Shown here piece by piece: positions 32,469 through 39,021 of a DNA stretch of 39,021 nt. Origin of the DNA: an uncultured Candidatus Peribacteria bacterium (GTDB taxonomy: Bacteria; Patescibacteriota; Gracilibacteria; Peribacterales; Peribacteraceae); NCBI GenBank assembly GCA_964404805.1, contig CAYOLJ010000001.1:2172-41192 (forward strand), read 5' to 3'. Position 1 is the first letter of the stretch. Every line of letters begins with the position of its first letter. Both the position numbers and the translations under genes were made by a program. The notes beneath the pieces were generated by a model. It ran no database searches and was not told where the DNA came from. It saw only the letters and a list, made by a program, of their open reading frames with translations.

Positions 32469-32485
32469 CGGGGGAGCCAATTCTT
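32469..32485. repeat. Exact 17-nt copy of the tRNA-Asn 3' end plus downstream junction (CGGGGGAGCCAATTCTT)
   Basis: Identical to 7002-7018. It lies in a gene-poor spacer of intermediate GC content (32114-32761). Confidence 0.7.
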
Positions 32486-32761
32486 CATGTGAACAAAACC
32501 TGAAAGCAGGCATTGCTCACAAGCACGGTGATGCAAAATAGGAACGTGATGAAATAAACCTCTGCTATCGCAATAAGTTTTTCGTGGGCGATGAGACCAA
32601 GAAGAGTGCCAGATGAGAGCCTGTGCAAAACAATTTTTTGCATGTGCGGATTTTGCGCTGCCCCCAGGCGAGAGATAGCCGCTCTTTAGAGGAAGTTTTT
32701 AATTGACACGTGGAAGTGAACGCATATATTTGGCGCGATTATTCTTTTTCCTTCTTTTTAG

Positions 32762-33331
32762 ATGGTCCACTTTCCTTCTTCTGGTATTGGCTCTGCGCGG
32801 TCTCCCCGAGCAGCAGTAAACAGTACTCGTTCGGGAGTGCTCAACCCTCCGACAAAAGCGGAGTACGAACAGAGCAATGCATGGGGGCTCGCGACCTCCG
32901 CAGACATTCACGGGTGCAATCCCGATACTATTCGTGATGCCGATACGATCAAAATGTTCACAAAAATGCTCTGCGATAAACTGGATATGAAAATGTTTGG
33001 CGAAACCGTCGTCGTGGATTTCGGCGATAATCCTCGCGTGAGCGGCTTCTCGCTCACACAGCTCATCGAGACCTCCCTCGTTTCGGGACATTTCGCCAAT
33101 CAGACAAATTCCGTCTATCTGGATGTCTTCAGTTGCAAGTACTACAACGCGCAGACGATCGTCGACTTTGCCCTTTCATTCTTCCAGGGAACATCTTTCA
33201 ATGCTCACTGCATCCTTCGTGGTTGTGATCAGTTTCCTGCGGAATATTTGGAGAAATTTTCCAAGCGCAACATTGTCCTGAATCAGACTGCGCTCGAAGA
33301 GAAGGCAGTTTGCGCGACCTCTGCACGTTAG
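32762..33331 (+). CDS. Pyruvoyl-dependent S-adenosylmethionine decarboxylase-like proenzyme (SpeH/SpeD class 1 fold); substrate uncertain
   Basis: WGLATSADIHGCNPD...VSGFSLTQLIETSLVSGHFANQTNSVYLDVFSCK matches the AdoMetDC pattern (...GVSG..ViSESH..iHTwPE...a.iDvFTC). The likely start is GTG 32837. Confidence 0.7.
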   Translation: MVHFPSSGIGSARSPRAAVNSTRSGVLNPPTKAEYEQSNAWGLATSADIHGCNPDTIRDADTIKMFTKMLCDKLDMKMFGETVVVDFGDNPRVSGFSLTQLIETSLVSGHFANQTNSVYLDVFSCKYYNAQTIVDFALSFFQGTSFNAHCILRGCDQFPAEYLEKFSKRNIVLNQTALEEKAVCATSAR

Positions 33332-34818
33332 TGGAGACTATTGAATCTCTCGCAGCAAGAATCAAAACCTCGTTCACGGGTCGTATACTCATTATGGGAT
33401 ACGGCAGCGTCTCACAATGTTTCCTTCCTCTTTTGCTGCGACATGTCTCTATGCTGCGGGATCGCATCACGGTAATCGATATGGTCGATTGCAGTGCGTC
33501 ACCCGTCCTGGCTCCCGCCTTGCAAGAGGGCGTGCACTTCGTCCAAGAACAGATCACCCGCGACAAGCTTGGCGAACAGCTCTCGCGCTACGCAGGTCCG
33601 GGAGATATGATCATCGATCTTGCCTGGAATATCGGATGTCTGGACATCCTTGAGTGGTGTCATACGCATGAGGTGCTCTACATCAATACTTCAGTCGAGC
33701 TCTGGGATCCCTACGACAATTTTGACAAAAAACTTACCACCGACCGAACGCTTTATGTCCGACACATGGCCATCCGAAAAATGATACGTGACTGGGGCGA
33801 TAAGCCCGGCCCCACGGCAATTATCGAACACGGAGCAAACCCCGGACTGGTTTCACATTTCACCAAGAGGGCCCTTCTGGATATCGGTAACAAGCTCAAG
33901 GCGGAAAAGAAGAAAGACCCGCGCCTTCCGGCCATCGAGCAGGCAATGACCGACGGAGCCTATAACCGGCTCGCACAGCTTTTGCAGGTTAAAGTGATTC
34001 ATATCAGTGAGATCGATACGCAGATCACGAACCAACCTCATAATCCGGATGAATTCGTGAATACGTGGAGCGTTGAGGGATTCTTCGAAGAGGGAACCTC
34101 GCCCGCAGAAATGGGATGGGGAACGCATGAACGGATTCTTCCTCCCGATGCGCGTATACATGCTAGCGGTCCCCGCAATCAGATCTGTCTTGCCCGCTTC
34201 GGCATCAATACTTTTGTCCGTTCGCGCGTGCCGAGCCAAGAGATCGTGGGAATGGTCGTGCGTCACGGCGAAGCGTTCACCATCTCCGATCACCTGACGG
34301 TATGGGACGAAAATGGCTCTCCGGTGTACCGACCGACGGTTCACTACGCCTATTGGCCGTGTGCCGCTGCCATCGCTTCACTCCATGCTTTGCGCGCACG
34401 ACACTACAAAGCACATGAAAAATACCGGATCATGAATGACGATATCGTGAGTGGCGTCGACGAACTGGGATGTCTGCTGATGGGTCACGATTTTAAGTCA
34501 TGGTGGGCCGGGACGATCCTCGGTATCGAAGAAACGCGCCGACTCGCGCCCGGACAGAATGCGACCACGCTGCAAGTCGCGGCTTCGGTACTCGGTGCGG
34601 TTTTCTGGATGATCCGCAATCCCCGCAGAGGCGTCCTCGTTCCCGATCAGCTCCCACACGAAGAAATCATGGAAGTGGCCGATCCTTATCTCGGCGAAGT
34701 GGTGTCGATGCCTCTGGATTGGACCCCTCATGGTTCGGATGTCGTCGCAAAGAAAACGAACAATATCTTCTCTCCGGCCGATGATGATCCGTGGCAATTT
34801 CAACACTTTCTTCTCTAG
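33310..34818 (+). CDS. Homospermidine synthase-like NAD-dependent enzyme
   Basis: The Rossmann motif is ILIMGYGSVSQCFLPLLLRH. EHGANPGLVSHFTKRAL resembles bacterial HSS (GFGSIGRGTLPLIERH / EHGANPGMVS.FVKQAL, from memory). The gene overlaps the upstream stop; the start is TTG 33310 or GTG 33331. Confidence 0.75.
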   Translation: MRDLCTLVETIESLAARIKTSFTGRILIMGYGSVSQCFLPLLLRHVSMLRDRITVIDMVDCSASPVLAPALQEGVHFVQEQITRDKLGEQLSRYAGPGDMIIDLAWNIGCLDILEWCHTHEVLYINTSVELWDPYDNFDKKLTTDRTLYVRHMAIRKMIRDWGDKPGPTAIIEHGANPGLVSHFTKRALLDIGNKLKAEKKKDPRLPAIEQAMTDGAYNRLAQLLQVKVIHISEIDTQITNQPHNPDEFVNTWSVEGFFEEGTSPAEMGWGTHERILPPDARIHASGPRNQICLARFGINTFVRSRVPSQEIVGMVVRHGEAFTISDHLTVWDENGSPVYRPTVHYAYWPCAAAIASLHALRARHYKAHEKYRIMNDDIVSGVDELGCLLMGHDFKSWWAGTILGIEETRRLAPGQNATTLQVAASVLGAVFWMIRNPRRGVLVPDQLPHEEIMEVADPYLGEVVSMPLDWTPHGSDVVAKKTNNIFSPADDDPWQFQHFLL

Positions 34819-35044
34819 GTTCTCCATCGCCTGACAATCATGAGGCACACCCATCGAACGATTTTTTGATTTTGACTACGGGAGACAAGGGCAGGGAAAG
34901 TCACCCTCTTGAATCTTTCAAAAACCCAACACCAGCTTCAACCTCCTCCGAGACTCCGCAGCAGGCTCCGAGTGAAACGGAGGAGCGAATTGCAGGCATA
35001 CCGAGAAGGCGCGATTTTCCTCCGGTGAAACACATTGACACACA

Positions 35045-35092
35045 CGTATAGTCTAAGTATGATTAATATGATTTTTCATATTTATCATATTT
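35045..35092 (+). promoter_or_regulatory. Sigma70-like promoter plus inverted-repeat operator upstream of the AbrB-type gene
   Basis: TTGACA (35045-35050), a 17-nt spacer, TATGAT (35068-35073), then the perfect inverted repeat AATATGA-TTTT-TCATATT (35075-35092). The ATG follows 4 nt later. Confidence 0.4.
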
Positions 35093-35095
35093 TCT

Positions 35096-35344
35096 ATGAA
35101 AACGAGTGCACCATTCCTCCACGGCAAGACCGTTGTCGGCAGCCGCGGACAGATCGTCATCCCGCATAACATCCGCTCCGCATTGGACATTCGAGCAAGA
35201 GAAGAAATGATCGTCTTCGCCAAAGACGGCAAAATCATCGTCATGCCGGCGAAGAGCCTTGAACAGCTTTACAGCCAAATGCTCGGCAATCTTGATCTAC
35301 TGCGCAGCAAGACTTCGCGCAAACGGCGCTCTGCAAGACGCTGA
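35096..35344 (+). CDS. AbrB/MazE/SpoVT-family DNA-binding protein
   Basis: VVGSRGQIVIPHNIRSALDIRAREEMIVFAKDGKIIVMP is the swapped-hairpin SpoVT-AbrB signature. Confidence 0.8.
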   Translation: MKTSAPFLHGKTVVGSRGQIVIPHNIRSALDIRAREEMIVFAKDGKIIVMPAKSLEQLYSQMLGNLDLLRSKTSRKRRSARR

Positions 35345-35358
35345 TCATCCCCATCCCT

Positions 35359-36777
35359 ATGCGTTCACAATCCTCCCTCACGGAAGGCTCCATTATCGGC
35401 GCGATGTTGCATCTATCGGTTCCGATCGTTATTGCCAATCTTCTTCAGACGGCGTACCAGATTACAGATACATTTTGGGTGGGCCGTTTAAGTGCGGAGG
35501 CCGTGGCAGCCGTTTCACTCAGTTTTCCGGTGAATTTTCTCTTAATCGCACTCGGGGGTGGCCTTGCGCTCGCCGGGACCGTCCTGATTGCCCAGTATAA
35601 AGGTAAAGGAGATACACAGATGATGAACCACATTGCCGCCCAGACGCTCCTGATGGTGGTCGTCGTATCCCTGGTCCTTTCGGGAGTGGGCTTCACACTC
35701 AGTGAACCGCTCATGCGAATGATGGGGGCGGCACCCGAAGTCCTGCCTGACGCTGTGCGATTTACACAAATCAGCTTTCTCGGGTTCGTATTCGTGTTCG
35801 CATACTTCGTCTATCAATCCCTCATGCGCGGAATTGGCGTTGTTAGAGCACCGATGTTCATTGTCTTGTTGACGGTTGTACTCAACCTGTTCCTCGATCC
35901 GCTCTTCATTTTCGGCTATGGACTCGTTCCGGCTATGGGTGTTTCGGGCGCTGCGATGGCTACGCTCATCACCCAGGCGACTGCTACGGCTATTGGTCTG
36001 ACATTGATGCTACGGGGAAAGAATGGTTTTCATCTAAAAGTATCGGACTTTCGTCCTGACTGGTTCTTCATCCACAAAGCATTTCACCTCGGCTGGCCGG
36101 CCTCGATCGAGCAATCCACCCGCGCACTGGGCATGACAATCATGACAATGCTCGTATCGACATTCGGTACCGTAACAGTTGCGGCATACGGTACGGGCAT
36201 CCGAGTGCTCATGTTCGTACTCATCCCCGCAATGGGCCTCTCTATGGCGACTTCGACGCTTGTCGGTCAGAACATCGGCGCAGGTAAAATCGGTCGCGCC
36301 GCTCGTACCAATGCTATTGGCAGCGTGCTCGCCTTCGGCATTCTGACGGTGATCGGTATCTTTCTGTTCCCGATGGCCCTCCGCCTCTCCTCTCTTTTTA
36401 TCCCAGAGAGTGGCGCAGCTATTGAGCAAAGCGCGACATTCGTGCGCATCATGGCACTGACGTTCGGCTTCATCGGTGTACAGCAAGTGATTATCGGAAC
36501 CCTACGTGGGGCAGGCGACACCAGGGCATCTATGATCATCGCTTTGGTCACACAGTGGCTCATACAATTCCCTCTTGCGTATATTCTTGCCTATCATACT
36601 GCACTGGGGCAGGAGGGTCTCTGGTGGTCATTTGCCATTTCCAATGTCATCGGCGCCCTCATCGCCGTGATCTGGTTCATGCGAGGAACATGGAAACAGA
36701 AAAAATTGATCTCTGACGTCGCCATGCAAGATACGATCCTCAAAGAGGCAGAAATCGATGAGGGGACTGTTTCATGA
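35359..36777 (+). CDS. MATE-family efflux transporter
   Basis: 472 aa with about 12 TM segments. The typical N-terminus is GSIIGAMLHLSVPIVIANLLQTAYQITDTFWVGRL, and the two-halves repeat is present. Confidence 0.9.
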   Translation: MRSQSSLTEGSIIGAMLHLSVPIVIANLLQTAYQITDTFWVGRLSAEAVAAVSLSFPVNFLLIALGGGLALAGTVLIAQYKGKGDTQMMNHIAAQTLLMVVVVSLVLSGVGFTLSEPLMRMMGAAPEVLPDAVRFTQISFLGFVFVFAYFVYQSLMRGIGVVRAPMFIVLLTVVLNLFLDPLFIFGYGLVPAMGVSGAAMATLITQATATAIGLTLMLRGKNGFHLKVSDFRPDWFFIHKAFHLGWPASIEQSTRALGMTIMTMLVSTFGTVTVAAYGTGIRVLMFVLIPAMGLSMATSTLVGQNIGAGKIGRAARTNAIGSVLAFGILTVIGIFLFPMALRLSSLFIPESGAAIEQSATFVRIMALTFGFIGVQQVIIGTLRGAGDTRASMIIALVTQWLIQFPLAYILAYHTALGQEGLWWSFAISNVIGALIAVIWFMRGTWKQKKLISDVAMQDTILKEAEIDEGTVS

Positions 36778-36804
36778 TCTGAAGAATATGCGTGCTCTCT
36801 CCCC

Positions 36805-37254
36805 TCACGAATGCCAGCAACACGGTCCCTTGCACGCCTTGCAGTACTGATTGCCGTACTCATGCTGCGCGCCAGCCGTACACGCGGCATTGCAACACAC
36901 CGACCGCATGTGCGAACGCTGTTCTGCTGAGAAGATGATGGCGTTATCCTTCCCCTTCTGCGCGTGCTTGCGACAGAATGGCCTGCCACCTGAGGGGCTG
37001 CGACATCCATTGACCTTGCAGGTGGTGGGCGTGTGAACGGGAATAAGGTGAAGGAGAAGAAGATATTGGACGATCATTCTATGGCTTTTTGCCAAGATAT
37101 TCAATGGAATGCCTGTCTTTCTTGTTTGAAGAAAATAACTGATTCTGTCGCGGAGCTCTCTGCAATGGCATTGTACGATTTCGGCATTTTCCGCTCGCTT
37201 TCGTAGGTGATTACGGCAGAAAGGGCTATCATGCGCGCTCCTCACGCAATCCAA
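36805..37254 (-). CDS. Possible Cys-rich small protein with repeated C-x9-FC-x2-H modules (uncertain)
   Basis: It fills the 476-nt gap between the MATE and helicase genes. It contains CVRSAHDSPFCRNHLRKRAENA and CRSPSGGRPFCRKHAQKGKDNA plus a third Cys cluster. It lies in GC-rich DNA and uses a TTG start, so it may be spurious. Confidence 0.3.
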   Translation of the reverse strand: MDCVRSAHDSPFCRNHLRKRAENAEIVQCHCRELRDRISYFLQTRKTGIPLNILAKSHRMIVQYLLLLHLIPVHTPTTCKVNGCRSPSGGRPFCRKHAQKGKDNAIIFSAEQRSHMRSVCCNAACTAGAQHEYGNQYCKACKGPCCWHS

Positions 37255-38507
37255 TGTCAGACATTTCTCAGTCCCCCACTCCGAGCTTCCTCACGCTCGG
37301 TATCGCCCCGCAAATTCTTGAGATCCTCGCCAATCGGAATTTCGTCACTCCCACGCCTATTCAGCAGCAATCGATTCCGCCGGGCATCGAAGGGAAGGAC
37401 ATTGTCGGCATCGCGCAGACAGGCACGGGCAAGACCTTTGCCTTTGGCATTCCCATGCTTCAGCGACTCGCACAGAAACCCGGAAGAGCCCTCATCGTCG
37501 TGCCCACGCGCGAACTCGCCTTGCAGGTAGATGAATCTCTGCAAACCTTCGCACCGCAGCTTCACATTCGCACGGCCGTACTCATTGGAGGAGCATCCAT
37601 GCACCTGCAAAAAGAGCAAATCCGTCGAAACCCCCGCATCGTCATCGCCACACCCGGTCGTCTAAATGACCACCTTAAGAAGGGCACCATCACACTTAAA
37701 GAGGTGAACATCCTCGTCTTAGACGAAGCGGATCGCATGCTCGATATGGGCTTTCGTCCGCAGATCGAGGCTATTTTTCGGTATGTGCCACGTGAGCGGC
37801 AGACGATGCTCTTCTCTGCCACCATGCCATCCTCAATCATGAAGCTCGCTAATGAGCACATGAAACTGCCCATTCGCATCGAGGTCGCCCCCTCTGGTAC
37901 GACAGTGCAAGGTGTTCAGCAGGAACTCTTCATCGTGCAGAAGATGGAAAAACCTGCTCTGCTCGAAGTGCTTCTTAAGGAGCATCACGGCTCGATTCTC
38001 GTCTTCTCGCGCACCAAACACGGTGCAAAGAAGATTACGCGCTCTCTCAAAGCCCTTGGGCATGCCGCCGCTGAAATTCATGCCAATCGCACTCTCAACC
38101 AGCGACGTGAGGCACTGCAGGGATTCAAAACCGGCAAGTATCGTATTCTCGTCGCCACGGATATCGCGGCACGCGGCATCGACGTCACAGGCATCGAAGT
38201 CGTGATCAATTTCGATCTGCCCGATGACCCGAACGACTACGTGCATCGCATCGGTCGTACCGCACGCGCAGGAAGAGAAGGCCGCGCCATCTCTTTCGCG
38301 ACGTTCGAGCAGAAGAACTCCGTGCGTGACATCGAGCGACTCGTTCGATCGACGTTACGACGCCCTCCTACGCCTACACTTCCGAAGCGAGCACCTGTTG
38401 CCACCACAGACACAAGAGATGTTGATCGCACGTGGCGACGTCCGGCTTCACGCTTTCGTTCGACCCAGAGTCGCCGGTCTTTCAAGAAGCCGCACAGGCG
38501 TCGATAA
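37254..38507 (+). CDS. DEAD-box ATP-dependent RNA helicase (RhlE-like)
   Basis: It has the Q motif region and the AQTGTGKT, PTRELA, DEAD, SAT and HRIGRTARAG motifs, plus a basic C-terminal tail. Confidence 0.95.
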   Translation: MSDISQSPTPSFLTLGIAPQILEILANRNFVTPTPIQQQSIPPGIEGKDIVGIAQTGTGKTFAFGIPMLQRLAQKPGRALIVVPTRELALQVDESLQTFAPQLHIRTAVLIGGASMHLQKEQIRRNPRIVIATPGRLNDHLKKGTITLKEVNILVLDEADRMLDMGFRPQIEAIFRYVPRERQTMLFSATMPSSIMKLANEHMKLPIRIEVAPSGTTVQGVQQELFIVQKMEKPALLEVLLKEHHGSILVFSRTKHGAKKITRSLKALGHAAAEIHANRTLNQRREALQGFKTGKYRILVATDIAARGIDVTGIEVVINFDLPDDPNDYVHRIGRTARAGREGRAISFATFEQKNSVRDIERLVRSTLRRPPTPTLPKRAPVATTDTRDVDRTWRRPASRFRSTQSRRSFKKPHRRR

Positions 38508-38530
38508 AAAATAATAAACGCGCAAAACAT

Positions 38531-39021
38531 TTAACGCTGTGCAAAAGCCCTCGCTGCCAGCCATGTGGATATTGGAACAGCAAGCAACAACGCGGCACTT
38601 CCGACAAGCGTCCGCACAAGTTCTTCCGCAAGGAAGGCACTGTTAAGCGTCACCCAGAGCGGCATCTCCTCATTCATCGAGAGGAGAAGAAACAAGGGTA
38701 ACGAAGCTCCGATGTACGCGAGAGCAAGTGTATTAATCATGGAAGCAACATGTTCCCGCCCCACAGCAACGCCGGCGCGATAGAGTTGCCGAAATCCGAG
38801 AGAAGGATTGGCTCCGCTCACCTCAGCAATAGCCGCCACCTGCGCTGTCGTCACATCGTCCAGAACACCCAACGCACCAATGATAATGCCGCCCATCAGA
38901 AGTCCGCGCATGTCGATGGATGGAAATGCGCCCCGTTGCAGAAACACTCCTTCCTCGCTGCCGAGACCGAAGAGAGCAACCAGATGTACCGCGAAAACGG
39001 AAAAGACAACGGCCACAAATA
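38531..39021 (-). CDS. YibE/F-family membrane protein, C-terminal part (gene continues past the right edge)
   Basis: GALGVLDDVTTAQVAAIAEV and the multi-TM C-terminus are typical of YibE/F. The frame is open to the window end. Confidence 0.7.
   Translation of the reverse strand, partial: FVAVVFSVFAVHLVALFGLGSEEGVFLQRGAFPSIDMRGLLMGGIIIGALGVLDDVTTAQVAAIAEVSGANPSLGFRQLYRAGVAVGREHVASMINTLALAYIGASLPLFLLLSMNEEMPLWVTLNSAFLAEELVRTLVGSAALLLAVPISTWLAARAFAQR

Noticed and set aside
32144-32536. Decayed tyrosine integrase C-terminus in the spacer carrying the 17-nt tRNA repeat
   Set aside because: The AHRFIRL...LMGHV segment superficially recalls HxLRH...LGH, but the spacing is wrong (H to H 17 residues rather than ~26). 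No downstream catalytic Tyr context is evident.
34791-35051. 86-aa ORF after the homospermidine synthase-like gene
   Set aside because: Its composition is low-complexity, Ser/Pro/Thr-rich and shows no motif. It overlaps the end of the upstream gene and runs into the AbrB promoter, so it is more likely non-coding.
1-39021. CRISPR arrays, IS elements with terminal inverted repeats, rRNA genes
   Set aside because: No regularly spaced direct repeats were seen beyond the two-copy repeats reported. No transposase-like ORFs and no rRNA-like conserved stretches were seen on either strand.

Overview
All calls were made by eye from the sequence and the ORF track, using motif recognition from memory. 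No database search was run.

The window is a mosaic of four parts.

(1) 1-6.38 kb is GC-rich backbone (mid/high-50s % by eye). It resembles a small-genome, CPR/Patescibacteria-like bacterium. It holds a compact alaS, two membrane proteins and a SAM-dependent methyltransferase.

(2) 6.385-7.012 kb is a tRNA gene split in its anticodon loop by a 553-nt group I intron. The intron shows the classical P/Q/R/S elements and carries an HNH homing-endonuclease ORF. Group I splice rules and the tRNA body both point to tRNA-Asn(GUU). Naive colinear joining would mis-read it as His(GUG).

(3) About 7.01-30.86 kb is an AT-rich (~40 % by eye) integrated element abutting the tRNA 3' end. Its contents, left to right:
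- a large serine recombinase whose ORF runs across the junction, antisense into the tRNA and intron;
- a small membrane protein plus a DUF4238-like protein, with a GC-rich structured element between them;
- a seven-gene co-directional block: M14 peptidase, hsdM, HEPN-like (RNNLFH), hsdS, hsdR, M48/DUF45 peptidase, and a Cas4-like PD-(D/E)XK nuclease interrupted by one in-frame TAG;
- a second, short serine recombinase with an adjacent 28-nt palindrome;
- a plasmid/phage-like module (J-domain-like ORF, wHTH initiator-like protein, DUF5659-like ORF);
- an excisionase-type HTH directly followed by a 1,227-aa HNH-like / TPR / GreA-B-C-terminal-like / PIN-like protein;
- two small membrane proteins and a GNAT.

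(4) 30.86-39.0 kb is GC-rich backbone again. It holds two membrane proteins, a gene-poor spacer containing an exact 17-nt copy of the tRNA 3' end, and an AdoMetDC-like gene overlapping a homospermidine-synthase-like gene. These are followed by AbrB-type regulator + MATE, a DEAD-box helicase and a partial YibE/F gene.

The best candidates for something undescribed are:
- the HTH + HNH/TPR/GreAB-C/PIN giant protein;
- the stand-alone HEPN gene translationally coupled inside the type I R-M operon;
- the ORF-bearing group I intron in tRNA-Asn;
- the recombinase gene whose 3' end is defined by the att junction.
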